Shown: positions 62,971 through 64,000 of the stretch, piece by piece
Numbering within the stretch: the stretch's first letter is position 1
How the letters are laid out: each line of letters starts with the position of its first letter
DNA from: Glaucostegus cemiculus
Taxonomy: Eukaryota
Assembly: GCA_976551045.1 (NCBI GenBank)
Contig: CDPCPM010000169.1
Coordinates: forward strand, 3,534,001 to 3,598,000
Direction: 5' to 3'
DNA: 64,000 nucleotides
Position numbers and translations under genes: made by a program
The notes under the pieces: generated by a model
What the model saw: only the letters and a program-made list of their open reading frames with translations
The model's database searches: none
What the model was told of the DNA's origin: nothing

Positions 62971-64000
62971 CAGCAAGTGTCCTCCCTCTTATCCAGTTCA
63001 AACACATCATTCTATGTAACCTATAAACTGGAGTAAGGCTCTATATGCGCAGCAATACATTGTCTCAGTCTCTTAAAAGGTTCACAATGTAAATGCATGC
63101 TGAGAGCTCAGCTTAATATTTCAGAAATTGGTAGGATTTTTATTCCATAACTATGAAGACTTATTCTATCATTTGTGGCTCAGACAGCAATACCCCTCTG
63201 CTCAAAAGAAACTGCTTCATTCTAAGCCTTTGTATATAAAAATTACAGGCATGATTATTTGTTCCTTACAGTGGTTTCAAGTACTAATGAACCAGAGGGA
63301 AAGCCCTCAGCAAGTCTGTACATCTCCAAGTCTCATTTTGACTACAGAATACTCATTGCAAACAAAGCTTTTAGTGTTGAAACAGATCTAGTGTACATAT
63401 TATTTTACAACATATATTGAGGAGATTTTAGACTGAAAACTAATTTTCAGTTATCACAAAAGTAAAAGCAATTCCCTTCTTTCCTCTTTCTATCAATTTA
63501 ATTCTCTTTCCCTGTTCACTGCCTACCTTCCTCTCTTTCTTTTTTAATGGTCCTCAACTACTTTTTCCTAGAAATCATCTCTGTACCCTTCCATTTACTT
63601 CAATTCTGTATCTCATACATTCTCCAGCATTCTATTAGACAAATGGGCACTATTTCCTTTGTAAGTAGCTCTATGAGAATTATTTGGCAAACAGATATAT
63701 CACTTCAGTGTAGATTTCTGGACATCACAATCCATACATCATTCCTCTATCAATCATCATTGGCCAGTTCACATTATTCTTTTAATTTTGGTGTTTTGTT
63801 TTTCACTGGGAAAGAAACTTGTTGAGACAGAGACTGGAAGACCCTGCTCAAGGATGTCGCCAATTGTGATTATTTGAAACCACCCACCATCCCTACCACT
63901 GTCTGCGGTATTATCTATTCACAGTCTTGGTTGTTGTTATTAAATAGCAAAGTATCTAAACAATCTCAAATGGTTATAAACATTCACATCTACTTCTCAT

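Larger units (their letters stand above)
1..64000 (-). other. FAT4: Internal segment of the FAT4 transcription unit (introns 27692->64000+, 21186-27559, 17508-20923, <1-17156)
   Basis: The three exons are internal, with no start or stop codon. No other cadherin ORF appears in the track, so the flanking FAT4 exons lie outside the window on both sides. Confidence 0.85.

Noticed and set aside
1-64000. The many 60-160 aa ORFs in the track as protein-coding genes
   Set aside because: Apart from three cadherin exons and transposon remnants they have no recognisable motifs. Many start at TTG/GTG, which is meaningless in a vertebrate intron.

Overview
Eukaryotic, AT-rich vertebrate DNA. The repeat families present (HE1/V-SINE-like, DeuSINE-like, CR1/HER1-like, Rex1/Babar, Penelope-like) point to a cartilaginous fish (shark or ray); this is an inference. 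The whole window lies inside the protocadherin gene FAT4 on the minus strand. Three coding exons have canonical AG/GT boundaries and splice in frame (27691-27560, 21185-20924, 17507-17157; 745 nt of cadherin repeats). The rest is intron filled with decayed retroelements: Penelope-like elements (PLEs), CR1, L2 and Rex1/Babar LINE pieces, one eroded Ty3/Gypsy element and many SINEs. Almost all other ORFs in the track are chance ORFs or transposon remnants. The most interesting signal is a family of short PLE-terminus repeats carrying a minimal hammerhead-ribozyme motif. Several are head-to-head palindromes, and two are flanked by 14-bp target-site duplications, so they moved as independent units. 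Also notable are an unexplained 83-nt near-perfect hairpin and a V-SINE family with two different LINE-derived tails. No prokaryotic system, CRISPR array or intact transposon ORF is visible. Repeat boundaries were read by eye and are approximate unless stated.
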